From sequence record OZ346222.1: 64,000 bases of DNA; one strand, given 5' to 3'. The notes under the pieces are model-generated. The model saw nothing but the letters and a program-made list of their open reading frames with translations, was not told the origin of the DNA and searched no databases. The stretch's first letter is position 1. Each line of letters starts with the position of its first letter. The stretch comes from a phage. Of this stretch, positions 19,864 through 28,801 are shown in pieces. Both the position numbers and the translations under genes were made by a program.

Positions 19864-20907
19864 TTATTTAACGTGTTTGAAAATACCTGCCAACTCGGTC
19901 ATTGTCATGCGGGTGGTCTTCATAAGATCTGTCATAGCTTTCTCCATAATTGGAGATACTACCATAAAGTTTCCTTTAGTGAAACCTTTATTCCAGTCGG
20001 TCACCAACAGGGGTTTAAGTCCAGCTCCAAGACGTTCACCAGTTAAAGCACAGCATTTGCGAATATACGAACTCTTAAATTGGCTGAACGACAGATCAAC
20101 TTTCATACCTACATCGTAGAACGTTTGACAATAGAAAGTGTAAGCTTTGGCAATCTCAACATCATCAGGTAGTGCAGGAACCTCTTCTGTAAGCTCCTCT
20201 TCGACCTCCTGAGTCTCTTTTTCCTCTTCATGCACCTGTTGCGTCATTTCTTCAATCTCTTCTGTGATAGGCTCGTTTACAATGTCGGAAATGTGCTTCT
20301 TGGGTGCACGATAAGTAACTTTAGACATCGGTAGCATATCTTCCTCCTCTTCTTCGTCAAAGAGTGCTAGTTTATCCTCTTCCGTTCCATATTGCAAGAT
20401 GAAATCTTCAAAAGTATAATCACCTTTCAATTTCTCCATACGCTCTTCGCTCAGGTGGAGCATCATCTGCTGGACAATTTTTCGATCAGTTTCGTCTTTA
20501 ATCAAGACTGCAGTCTTTTTATCTACCAGACAGTCCTTTAGAGAGTTGCATCTCAATCCCACCACACAACAGTTATCAACCGCATAAGGACCTTCATCAT
20601 CTATCCGCTCCAGAGATGGGTAGAAAGGATTCCCCAGCCCGTTTTCATCTGTGTGCATGTCAAAAGGTATAAGGGTATAGTCGCATACTCCATCTCCTAA
20701 AAGTTTTTTACCAAATAGGAGATATTCTTCCCATGACAGGTCGAACTCTATATCTCGTTTCCGTGCGTTATTCTGTTTGCGTCTATATTTTTTGAGCAAG
20801 CGCTCTAACTCTTCTGGTGTATAATATTTTTCAAGATTCATGAGTCGTCTCTCGTGCTCTGTAAGTGAAGAAATCGTATCAATTGTCTCAACAGATGTCA
20901 ACATCAA
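19864..20907 (-). CDS. hypothetical protein with Glu-rich acidic central region
   Basis: 347 aa; acidic stretch (EEEKETQEVEEELTEEV); contains the PMSKVTYRA peptide shared with gene 22172..22528. Confidence 0.5.
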   Translation of the reverse strand: MMLTSVETIDTISSLTEHERRLMNLEKYYTPEELERLLKKYRRKQNNARKRDIEFDLSWEEYLLFGKKLLGDGVCDYTLIPFDMHTDENGLGNPFYPSLERIDDEGPYAVDNCCVVGLRCNSLKDCLVDKKTAVLIKDETDRKIVQQMMLHLSEERMEKLKGDYTFEDFILQYGTEEDKLALFDEEEEEDMLPMSKVTYRAPKKHISDIVNEPITEEIEEMTQQVHEEEKETQEVEEELTEEVPALPDDVEIAKAYTFYCQTFYDVGMKVDLSFSQFKSSYIRKCCALTGERLGAGLKPLLVTDWNKGFTKGNFMVVSPIMEKAMTDLMKTTRMTMTELAGIFKHVK

Positions 20908-20914
20908 AAACGTG

Positions 20915-20943
20915 TTGACTTTACTCTAACTCCACAATATAGT
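20915..20943 (+). promoter_or_regulatory. sigma70-type promoter for rightward gene block
   Basis: TTGACT-17 nt-TATAGT in the divergent intergenic region about 40 nt upstream of the 20984 start. Confidence 0.5.
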
Positions 20944-20983
20944 GCACCCATTCGAAAGAAAACTAACATAGGAGCACTTACTT

Positions 20984-21883
20984 ATGGCAAATCTTAACAG
21001 TTTTAGTACGCGGTGGAAACAGGACATAACAACCAATCTTTCAGCTGGGGACATCCTTTCTGCAATTTACGAGGCTTTAGATGATAAAGCTACTTCAAAA
21101 GCGGTTTGTACCAACCCATTAATTCCTATAGTGATGAAGGTTATTGAGCGTAGATTGGTATCTGGGTCTGATAAGTGGACATATTTAGATAATGAAGGAC
21201 ACACCTATTCCAATGGGTATGTCGATATAAAAGTAGAATACGCGGTATCATACCGCCGGAGCGGTTCTGTAACTTTCAACTTCTCTGGAGGTTTTCGATC
21301 TCTGGCTACCTCACCTTTTGTTTCCTCAGAGGAGAAGTATGAGCTGCCATTTCTTTGGATGATGGCTAACGCGACAGGAAAAACCCCCGTTAGCATCCGA
21401 GTAAAATACAACTACAACGGATCTAGTAAGATCTATGCCGAAAGTGTCTCAGCAAGTTTTTATTTTGTGATGGGGGATGGAATCCTCAAACATATAAAGA
21501 TGTGCGATATGCATGATGTTATAAATGAAGTGACTGATAAGAATGTTCTAGTGAAAGACCTCAACAATTTTTATACACCCGGAGACTATTACGTCAGCCG
21601 TCCACTGTGCATCTTTAATGCCGCACACCCTCTAGGTGAGTATTTGATCGCCAATAGCGATATTGCCAATAACCGCTTCGAGGTAGCAAGAGTTCAGAAT
21701 GAGGTATTGACATCTTGCAAGAGCGGTGATAAGTTTACCGAAGAAGAGATGGGTGTTTTAGAAATGATGGGATATAAGTGTAGCCTTTGGGTAGATGAGG
21801 TGTTCAATGATTGCATCTATGGACAGGATATTTACCCATTAAAGAAGTATACTGATTCCAGTTTAATTTACGCGGAGATTTGA
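20984..21883 (+). CDS. hypothetical protein
   Basis: 299-aa ORF, first gene of rightward block; RBS AGGAG upstream. Confidence 0.55.
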   Translation: MANLNSFSTRWKQDITTNLSAGDILSAIYEALDDKATSKAVCTNPLIPIVMKVIERRLVSGSDKWTYLDNEGHTYSNGYVDIKVEYAVSYRRSGSVTFNFSGGFRSLATSPFVSSEEKYELPFLWMMANATGKTPVSIRVKYNYNGSSKIYAESVSASFYFVMGDGILKHIKMCDMHDVINEVTDKNVLVKDLNNFYTPGDYYVSRPLCIFNAAHPLGEYLIANSDIANNRFEVARVQNEVLTSCKSGDKFTEEEMGVLEMMGYKCSLWVDEVFNDCIYGQDIYPLKKYTDSSLIYAEI

Positions 21884-22158
21884 CTATGATGAAGTCATGT
21901 GGTAGTGTATATTATGTTGGTGAGAATGTTCAGGCAGATAGTGTGTGGAAATCCATTAAGTCCACCACCGATGATGCCTTTCTGAGCGGGTTATGTTTTC
22001 CCAGCCCAGGGGACACTCTCCCTTACCCTGGAGATTTTGTTGTCAACAAGATGGACGGTTATACCGTGTGCCTGATGGTTGAAAAAATCTTTTTAGACAC
22101 TAGACACAATCACCGTCTTGTGTTAAAATTTCAAGAATGTAAAATGACAATTGCCTAA
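21880..22158 (+). CDS. hypothetical protein
   Basis: 92-aa ORF overlapping upstream stop (ATGA). Confidence 0.45.
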   Translation: MTMMKSCGSVYYVGENVQADSVWKSIKSTTDDAFLSGLCFPSPGDTLPYPGDFVVNKMDGYTVCLMVEKIFLDTRHNHRLVLKFQECKMTIA

Positions 22159-22171
22159 GGAGACCTTGCCG

Positions 22172-22528
22172 ATGTCTAAAGTTACTTATCGTGCAGCTAT
22201 TTACTGCAATGAACACCCAATCAATAATGATGGTCACTGCCTTTTTAAAGAAAATCAATTGGGCTGTATTGTCCTCCCTGATGAAGGGGAAGGTTATCTG
22301 ATTGCGTTGACAGGGTTTGAACCTGAAGCTCTGGAAGCCAATCTTGACTACCTGGTAGAGGAGGGTGCTGCAGACCTGGTTGCCAATGGCCTCTCCATAA
22401 GCCTTGACGAAGTGGAGCGCTTCATGGGCAATTACCGTGTAGTGCGTGAGTTTACTATCGAGGTGGAAACTCCCGAGTGGGGTAGCCATGAAACTAATGC
22501 CGAAGAAAAAGAAGAGGAGGTAGAATAA
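22172..22528 (+). CDS. hypothetical acidic protein
   Basis: Start taken at first ATG (track ORF begins at TTG 22151) with TAAGGAG 9 nt upstream; acidic C-terminus. Confidence 0.45.
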   Translation: MSKVTYRAAIYCNEHPINNDGHCLFKENQLGCIVLPDEGEGYLIALTGFEPEALEANLDYLVEEGAADLVANGLSISLDEVERFMGNYRVVREFTIEVETPEWGSHETNAEEKEEEVE

Positions 22529-22785
22529 TGAAAGTGCAGATCTTGACTAATGCCGAGAAGATGTTTATTGAAGATACACCTTTTGAAGCTGGTGAGCTAC
22601 AGTTCGTTTATTTTGTTGACTTAGATAAGGTGTTTCCTGCACTGAATCTAGGTTTGGATGAAGTTCCTCATAAGGTTTTGTGCCAAGTTGTTCGTGCCTT
22701 AGCGGCAGAGGGGGAGTTCCACACCCTTCAAGATATCCAGACCTACGGGTATCTTGAACTACAACGAGAAGAAGAGGTGGACTGA
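22528..22785 (+). CDS. hypothetical protein
   Basis: 85-aa ORF; ATG overlaps upstream stop. Confidence 0.5.
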   Translation: MKVQILTNAEKMFIEDTPFEAGELQFVYFVDLDKVFPALNLGLDEVPHKVLCQVVRALAAEGEFHTLQDIQTYGYLELQREEEVD

Positions 22786-22787
22786 TA

Positions 22788-23168
22788 ATGGCTCAGTGGA
22801 AGACAACAGTTGACCTTCATGATCAGTGGTTAGGACGCATCACTGAAGACGGGAAGCTAGTGGAGTGGGACAATAAGCATGTTAGCGAGTTGGCAAGTAT
22901 TGTGGCTGGCAAGTTACGCTCCAAGTTCCCTGAACAACTGGATCCTGATAGTTCAAAGTTCGATCCTGAGTTAGAGGATGTTGTATACTACTTCGACACC
23001 GTTGATGACTACGACGCGTGGTTTGCAGCACGGGAGCTTTACCCACAAGGCTCTGCTATGCGCCAGATGGAAGAAGATTATCCTCCGTGTGAGCAATTCA
23101 ATAGTGCAATGACTTGCCTCTATGATTGGGCAGATAAGAACCTTGTCTGGATTCGGACTGCATTTTAG
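22788..23168 (+). CDS. hypothetical protein
   Basis: 126-aa ORF. Confidence 0.5.
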   Translation: MAQWKTTVDLHDQWLGRITEDGKLVEWDNKHVSELASIVAGKLRSKFPEQLDPDSSKFDPELEDVVYYFDTVDDYDAWFAARELYPQGSAMRQMEEDYPPCEQFNSAMTCLYDWADKNLVWIRTAF

Positions 23169-23212
23169 TGGGCAGGAATGGCGGCAAGGATGCTGCTTAA
23201 GGAGTAGTAGAG

Positions 23213-23482
23213 ATGTTATACCAGCAATATGAACTTCGTGCAGAAAAAGAGTTAAATTTTGACAAAGATATTCACAGATATTATTATGGGAAAGTTAGAG
23301 GGCAAGCAAGAAAGTGTACTCCAACACTCTTTTATGCCAGCAGACGACTAGCGCCAGAAGAGGCAACAGCAGAAAGGGTTGCGTACAACTGGAGAGTCAC
23401 GTATGATATTGACAGATTCGATGTGATATCTGTTTTGGAAAACTTTGAAAACACTTACACACAAGTAGAGGACTTTTACTAA
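23213..23482 (+). CDS. hypothetical protein
   Basis: 89-aa ORF, RBS GGAG upstream. Confidence 0.5.
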   Translation: MLYQQYELRAEKELNFDKDIHRYYYGKVRGQARKCTPTLFYASRRLAPEEATAERVAYNWRVTYDIDRFDVISVLENFENTYTQVEDFY

Positions 23483-24666
23483 TGTCAAGAAACGTATTCG
23501 AAAGTGGTCAAATCACTGTCCGTGAGTTGCCAGCTATTATTCAGTTTGCCCAACGTCATAGCCGATCTGTCCTAATTTTGGGACCAATGGGTGTGGGTAA
23601 AAGCCAGGTGATGAAGCAGATCGCTGATAATATGTTCGGTGAGCGAGATGACAACCTTGTTGACGTGCGACTGTCAGATAAAGATCCTGCCGACTTATCT
23701 GGGCTACCTATCCCTGTAGAAGCGGATGGAACTACACGTACAGTGTTTGCAATTCCAGAATTTTGGCCTGCGGATCCTGACTGGAGCGGAATTATCTTTC
23801 TGGATGAGCTCACTCATGCAGATAACTACCTGCAAAAGGTTGCAATGCAAATTATGCTTGACCACAAGTGCGGCACCTATGCATTCCCTAAGGGTTCTGT
23901 TTTTGTGGCTGCGGGTAACCGTTCTACAGATGGTGCGGTTCTTTCGGCGCTCGAAGCCCCTCTGGCTAACCGTTTTATCATTGTAGAGGTTACAAGCAAT
24001 GCAGAGGTGTTTATTGAGGACTACGCATTCCTCAACGGGGTTCACTCCTCTGTAATTGGGTATCTGAAAAGAGTTCCATCAGCTATTGATAATTATGAGG
24101 CTATGGCTGAGATTAATTGTCCATCTTTTGCCACACCACGATCTTGGGTTGCTGCATCTGACATCTTGCACGATTTTGACAGCGGTATTATTTCTGACGC
24201 TATGGCCCGTGTTCTTCTACAAGGTGCTATTGGTCACACTGCAGCGGTAGAGATCTGGACTTACCACACCAAGAAACGTAATTTACCGGAAATCGGTCGG
24301 ATTATGGCAGGTGGCTGCAAAGAATACGTAGGTCCTAAGCAGCCAGACATTTTGTGGATTCTTGGATCTGAAGGTTGTATCGCTATTCGCAATATGATGG
24401 AAAATGCAAGTATCTCCGACGAAGATCTTGTTAGCTGTGTGGCAAACTTCCTCGATTTCCTTTGGGAAAATTTCAAGGACGAGAACCGAGATTTTGTATT
24501 CTCAGTCTTTATGGCGATGATGAAACCTAACGCCTTAGGAAATGCCTTGCTTATCGGTAAAGGGCGTGACAAGATTGTTGCTCAGTTGATCAAAGCATAT
24601 CCAAACCTGATGAAGATTGTAAAAGAGTTTGGTGAAGAGTTTAGCGCCATTTTGGCTAAAGCTTAA
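23482..24666 (+). CDS. AAA+ ATPase, MoxR-like
   Basis: 394 aa; Walker A GPMGVGKS, Walker B IIFLDELTHA; size and motifs typical of MoxR/CbbQ-type ATPases that pair with vWA proteins. Confidence 0.65.
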   Translation: MSRNVFESGQITVRELPAIIQFAQRHSRSVLILGPMGVGKSQVMKQIADNMFGERDDNLVDVRLSDKDPADLSGLPIPVEADGTTRTVFAIPEFWPADPDWSGIIFLDELTHADNYLQKVAMQIMLDHKCGTYAFPKGSVFVAAGNRSTDGAVLSALEAPLANRFIIVEVTSNAEVFIEDYAFLNGVHSSVIGYLKRVPSAIDNYEAMAEINCPSFATPRSWVAASDILHDFDSGIISDAMARVLLQGAIGHTAAVEIWTYHTKKRNLPEIGRIMAGGCKEYVGPKQPDILWILGSEGCIAIRNMMENASISDEDLVSCVANFLDFLWENFKDENRDFVFSVFMAMMKPNALGNALLIGKGRDKIVAQLIKAYPNLMKIVKEFGEEFSAILAKA

Positions 24667-24675
24667 GGGGGTTGT

Positions 24676-25056
24676 ATGGCTAAAGTAGGTAAGCGGGGAA
24701 ACTACCTGGTGGTATTGACCGAGGAGCCGGAGAAGGAGTACGAGTGCAGCTCCACTTGCGTGATCGATATCCGAGAAAAGGATGTGGATGAAATCTGGTT
24801 TGAAATATTAGACGCTTGCGACAGCAGTGATTATTTCTTCATCTATGTCAACGATAAGGCTGGATTCTTCCATGACGACGGAGAGTTGCCGTATGAAATC
24901 TATGAACTTGTAGAGGCTTGCCATCGTGGAGATGCGGAGTTGTTTGGCCTACGGCTGAAAAGCGGTAAATTCTTCTATCAAGATGAGTGCATGAATCTTC
25001 ATAACTTTGTAGAGGGAACTTGCAACGATGGAGAGATTTTGGCACACTACGATTAA
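24676..25056 (+). CDS. hypothetical acidic protein
   Basis: 126-aa ORF, Asp/Glu-rich; RBS GGGGG upstream. Confidence 0.5.
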   Translation: MAKVGKRGNYLVVLTEEPEKEYECSSTCVIDIREKDVDEIWFEILDACDSSDYFFIYVNDKAGFFHDDGELPYEIYELVEACHRGDAELFGLRLKSGKFFYQDECMNLHNFVEGTCNDGEILAHYD

Positions 25057-25065
25057 TTTCTAAGA

Positions 25066-25096
25066 CCTCCCCCGCTTCGGCGGGGATTTTCTATTT
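25066..25096 (+). terminator. rho-independent terminator
   Basis: CCCCCGC-TTCG-GCGGGG hairpin followed by ATTTTCTATTT. Confidence 0.55.
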
Positions 25097-25105
25097 GGAG
25101 TCATT

Positions 25106-25606
25106 GTGAAAATTAAGATCTTTGCTATTATTTTGAGCGCACTTTTATCGCTGCCTGTTGTTGCAGCACCAAAACAAAAAGTATATCATACTTGCAAGCC
25201 ATCAGATACTAAGGAAAACATTCTGGCATGCAATATCTACAGGGAAGCTAGAGGAGATGGCACGATGGGTATGCTGGCATCTGGGTTTGCCACACTAAAC
25301 AGGAAATCCCACCCTAAATACCCAGACACTATAAGAAAGATTGTCTACCAACCTAACCAGTTTTCGTGGACAAACCACGGCAAAACTTTTAAGGTGACAG
25401 AAAAAGATTCATGGGATCACGCTAAAAGTCTTGCAAAGATGCTTCTAAAGGTCTATAATAACAACCATGTTGCATACATGGCTATGGACATAACAGGTGG
25501 AGCAACACACTACCATACAACCAAAGTACGACCGAAATGGGCAAAAAAGATGCAGAGGACAGCTCAATTCGGGAGCCATATCTACTACAAGGAGCGCAAT
25601 AAATGA
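25106..25606 (+). CDS. secreted cell-wall hydrolase, SleB/CwlJ-like
   Basis: GTG start 5 nt after GGAG; N-terminal signal peptide (MKIKIFAIILSALLSLPVVAAP); core YREARGDG...LNRKSHPKYPDTIRKIVYQPNQFSW resembles the SleB-type hydrolase signature. Confidence 0.55.
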   Translation: MKIKIFAIILSALLSLPVVAAPKQKVYHTCKPSDTKENILACNIYREARGDGTMGMLASGFATLNRKSHPKYPDTIRKIVYQPNQFSWTNHGKTFKVTEKDSWDHAKSLAKMLLKVYNNNHVAYMAMDITGGATHYHTTKVRPKWAKKMQRTAQFGSHIYYKERNK

Positions 25607-27585
25607 TCGTAAACAGTAATGAAACTAAAGCGGTACTAACCGGGAATATGGAGGTCACCAGGGGCTCAATTTCTCTGAACAAAGAGACTTTTGGGCTAAT
25701 CATTAAAGGGATTTACGAAGATAAGGTGCTGGCAAGCTGCCGTGAACCAATCTTCAATGCCGTGGACTCCCATGTTGAGTCTGGACGGGGTGATGTACCG
25801 ATCATTATTCACTCTCCTACAGACCTTGAACCATACTTCTTTGTGCAGGACGTTGGATTGGGCATGTCAGAAGAGATGGTCCGCAACACTTTCATGAACC
25901 TCGGGGAGTCAACCAAGCGCAACAGCAACGCTCTGGTAGGTAATAAAGGTGTTGGTTCAAAGGCTCCGTTCAGCATGGTGGACACTTTCGATGTTATCAG
26001 TGTGCACAATGGTGTTGAAAGCACATATCTATTGTTCTTGGATCAGGGTATCCCAAACGTTACCAAGATCCGTGAGCGGAAGACTGAAGAGCACAACGGG
26101 GTAAAAGTTCAGTTCCATGTTAAGAAAGAGCATGTCCTGAAATATCGCACTGCTATTGCATCGTGCTTACGCTATGCGAAGTTTCCGTTCATCGTCACCG
26201 ATCCTATGACCAGTAAGATGTTAGAAGGTGACAAGGTTGAGGCACAGTATCATTACGAGAAGGATGGCTGGAAAATGACCATCCTGAAAGGTTATACCAG
26301 TTCTGATGAGAGCCGTGTTGTGATGGGTCACCAACCTTACCGCTCCAAGTTCCTGGAGACATTGACCGATTACCCTGCAATCTGCGTGGAAATTCCTATT
26401 GGGGATTGCAATATTAACCCTGGGCGTGAATGGACCATAGAGGGCCATGACGACGGTGGATTCCAGGATCGCCTGGAGGCCTTTGTCAAAGAAGGTATAC
26501 GTCTTCGCGGGGCAGAAGTTGTTGCAGAACTGGAGACGGCAAAAACCTCCGCAGAAGCACGTGAAATGATGAAGAATAGTGGAGTGTTCGGACACATCTT
26601 CGGCAAAAACTTTATGTGGAACCGTTGGGAAGAAACAGGGCTTGGCGACTTAGGCGATTGTGAAATTTTCGCTGGCGGCTTAAATAAAGGCCGCATAGGC
26701 TATGCTCGTTACGGAAAGTCGGAGTTCTTACGAGGTGTATACCTTGTATTTAACGACGGAGACGGCAAATATAACCGGAATAAGTGTAACTACTTAAGCG
26801 AGATCACCGGACGCAACGTTTTCTATTGCCGGAACACGGATCTGGTGAAAGAGTTTAAAGAGGCGGCACACCATCCGTTCTTTGCAGATACGGTCAAATT
26901 GTTATCGGAGCTTCCACGCCGACCTGCGAAGAAAGGTGAAACCAAAACTCGTTACGAGCCAGGCTACTGGGTTAAGAAGCTTAGAGAGGATGGCTACTTC
27001 CATCGTGAGCGCCTCACGAAGGCAGAGTTCAAGAAGATTAAGCATTGCATCCCTTATGAGGGGGATATCCAACGGGGAAGCTGCTGGCTGGGCCAGATGA
27101 GTAACATCTACCAGCAAAATTATGACCGTGTGCGTGCGGCACTCCAGATTCCTGAAGGGGAAGACCTGTACCTGGTATCAGAATCCCGTCTGCTTTGGAC
27201 TGATCCTGATTGCCAGTATGTTACAGAGAAAAATGTGGAACATTTGTTGAAAGAGGACGCCTGGAAATTCTTACTGACTCGCGCAGCAAATGAAACTTCA
27301 TATGACAACCTGTATAGACAATTAGGGAAAATTATCCCCATGCAGGATTTTGGAAATTATCGGCCACATTTCCACAAGTGGGAAGGTAACACCGCGTGGA
27401 AGCACAGTGAGCTAAATCATCGTGCCAAAATCTTAATCGCCAACCGGGTTAAGTGCGGGAAGGCCTATATTGCAAGATTGGAAAAGAAATATCCACTTTT
27501 GAAGCATGTGGGCTTGAAATATTGGGACACTTCTGCTATGATTGAATACCGTGAACTGATCGATACAAAGAATAACATCAAATAA
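25603..27585 (+). CDS. rIIA-like protein with N-terminal GHKL-type ATPase fold
   Basis: 660 aa; FVQDVGLGMSEE (DxGxG box) and GNKGVGSKAPF (GxxGxG box) in N-terminal 130 aa match the Bergerat ATP-binding fold found in phage rIIA proteins. Confidence 0.45.
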   Translation: MIVNSNETKAVLTGNMEVTRGSISLNKETFGLIIKGIYEDKVLASCREPIFNAVDSHVESGRGDVPIIIHSPTDLEPYFFVQDVGLGMSEEMVRNTFMNLGESTKRNSNALVGNKGVGSKAPFSMVDTFDVISVHNGVESTYLLFLDQGIPNVTKIRERKTEEHNGVKVQFHVKKEHVLKYRTAIASCLRYAKFPFIVTDPMTSKMLEGDKVEAQYHYEKDGWKMTILKGYTSSDESRVVMGHQPYRSKFLETLTDYPAICVEIPIGDCNINPGREWTIEGHDDGGFQDRLEAFVKEGIRLRGAEVVAELETAKTSAEAREMMKNSGVFGHIFGKNFMWNRWEETGLGDLGDCEIFAGGLNKGRIGYARYGKSEFLRGVYLVFNDGDGKYNRNKCNYLSEITGRNVFYCRNTDLVKEFKEAAHHPFFADTVKLLSELPRRPAKKGETKTRYEPGYWVKKLREDGYFHRERLTKAEFKKIKHCIPYEGDIQRGSCWLGQMSNIYQQNYDRVRAALQIPEGEDLYLVSESRLLWTDPDCQYVTEKNVEHLLKEDAWKFLLTRAANETSYDNLYRQLGKIIPMQDFGNYRPHFHKWEGNTAWKHSELNHRAKILIANRVKCGKAYIARLEKKYPLLKHVGLKYWDTSAMIEYRELIDTKNNIK

Positions 27586-27595
27586 GGAGACCAAG

Positions 27596-28801
27596 ATGAT
27601 TTTCATCTACGAACATTTCAAAACCCGTAAAGAAGCACGAGACCGCCGTGCAGAACTTGAGAAGAAGGGTTTCACATGTGCCATTGAGAAAGGCGACACA
27701 ACCTGGACACTGGCAGTGGGTGCCCCAGAGTTGTTCGATCCTGACCGTGACAGCGTCTGCTACACCCGTGAGGATTTTGAAACCCGCGAAGAGGCCCGTT
27801 TATCCCGCTATGGATTGGAAGATAATGGTAAGTACGCCATGATCTTAGACTTAGGCGAAGGTTCCGTTAAACGTTGGGGCGTGGTATACCCACTGTGTGT
27901 TGTTCACGGTGTGGGGTTCACTGGGGTGGCAATCAAGTCAGAAGAACCTTTAGTAGAAGTTAAAGATCCGGTGCTGGAGGTGGTGAGCAGTGTGTCTCAG
28001 CAACAAACTCGAAGCATCGAGCCTTTGGTAGTTATTTGTGGGGAACTCCTCCAGATCACCTGCAACGAAGGCATTTTTGAAATTCGCCGCAGCGAAAGTG
28101 AGGAAGTTTACCAGAAAGTCTTCGACCATATCTCTGTTCAGGAATATGACGAGGCAATTGGTGAAATCCTTGTCTGGCTGGAACGCAAGAATGAGTTCAC
28201 CACACTTGCAGACAACCTGATCATGAAAGATGGTAAGCTCTACTACTACGGTGTAGAGATGCGATCCACCATTGCAAAGAAAATTGAGAAAGATTATGCA
28301 GACGGAACGCTGGATGACCGCTATGTGAAATTCCTCGTTCGCCTGCTACGCAATCCTTCTGCAAAATCTGTAAACATGCTCTACGATTTTATGCAGGCCA
28401 ATGATATTCAGATTGCAGAAGATGGTCGAATCATTTGCTACAAAGGGGTTCAGTTTAACGGTAGCAAGTGGGTGGATTGGCACAGTGGTAAAGTCCCACA
28501 ATACCAAGGTGCTTTTGTATCCATGCCTCGTAACTTTGTAGAGGATGATCCTGAAGCTGCGTGCTCCTATGGCTTACACTGCGCCAGCAAAGAGTATGCG
28601 AAGAGCTACGGCACTGTAATGCCTGTCATGGTTGACCCTGCAGATGTGGTTAGTGTGCCATACCAACACAATAGCGCTAAGTGCCGTGCATGCCGCTATG
28701 AGATTGTGGTAGCTCCGGAAGCACGCAAGGACGGAGACCCGATTGAATACGTGGTTGACCGAGACGGTAACACTATCGACATTCTTTACGAGGAGGCGTA
28801 A
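27596..28801 (+). CDS. hypothetical protein (position consistent with an rIIB-like partner)
   Basis: 401-aa ORF immediately downstream of rIIA-like gene, RBS AAGGAGA; no diagnostic motif, rIIB assignment is positional only. Confidence 0.35.
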   Translation: MIFIYEHFKTRKEARDRRAELEKKGFTCAIEKGDTTWTLAVGAPELFDPDRDSVCYTREDFETREEARLSRYGLEDNGKYAMILDLGEGSVKRWGVVYPLCVVHGVGFTGVAIKSEEPLVEVKDPVLEVVSSVSQQQTRSIEPLVVICGELLQITCNEGIFEIRRSESEEVYQKVFDHISVQEYDEAIGEILVWLERKNEFTTLADNLIMKDGKLYYYGVEMRSTIAKKIEKDYADGTLDDRYVKFLVRLLRNPSAKSVNMLYDFMQANDIQIAEDGRIICYKGVQFNGSKWVDWHSGKVPQYQGAFVSMPRNFVEDDPEAACSYGLHCASKEYAKSYGTVMPVMVDPADVVSVPYQHNSAKCRACRYEIVVAPEARKDGDPIEYVVDRDGNTIDILYEEA

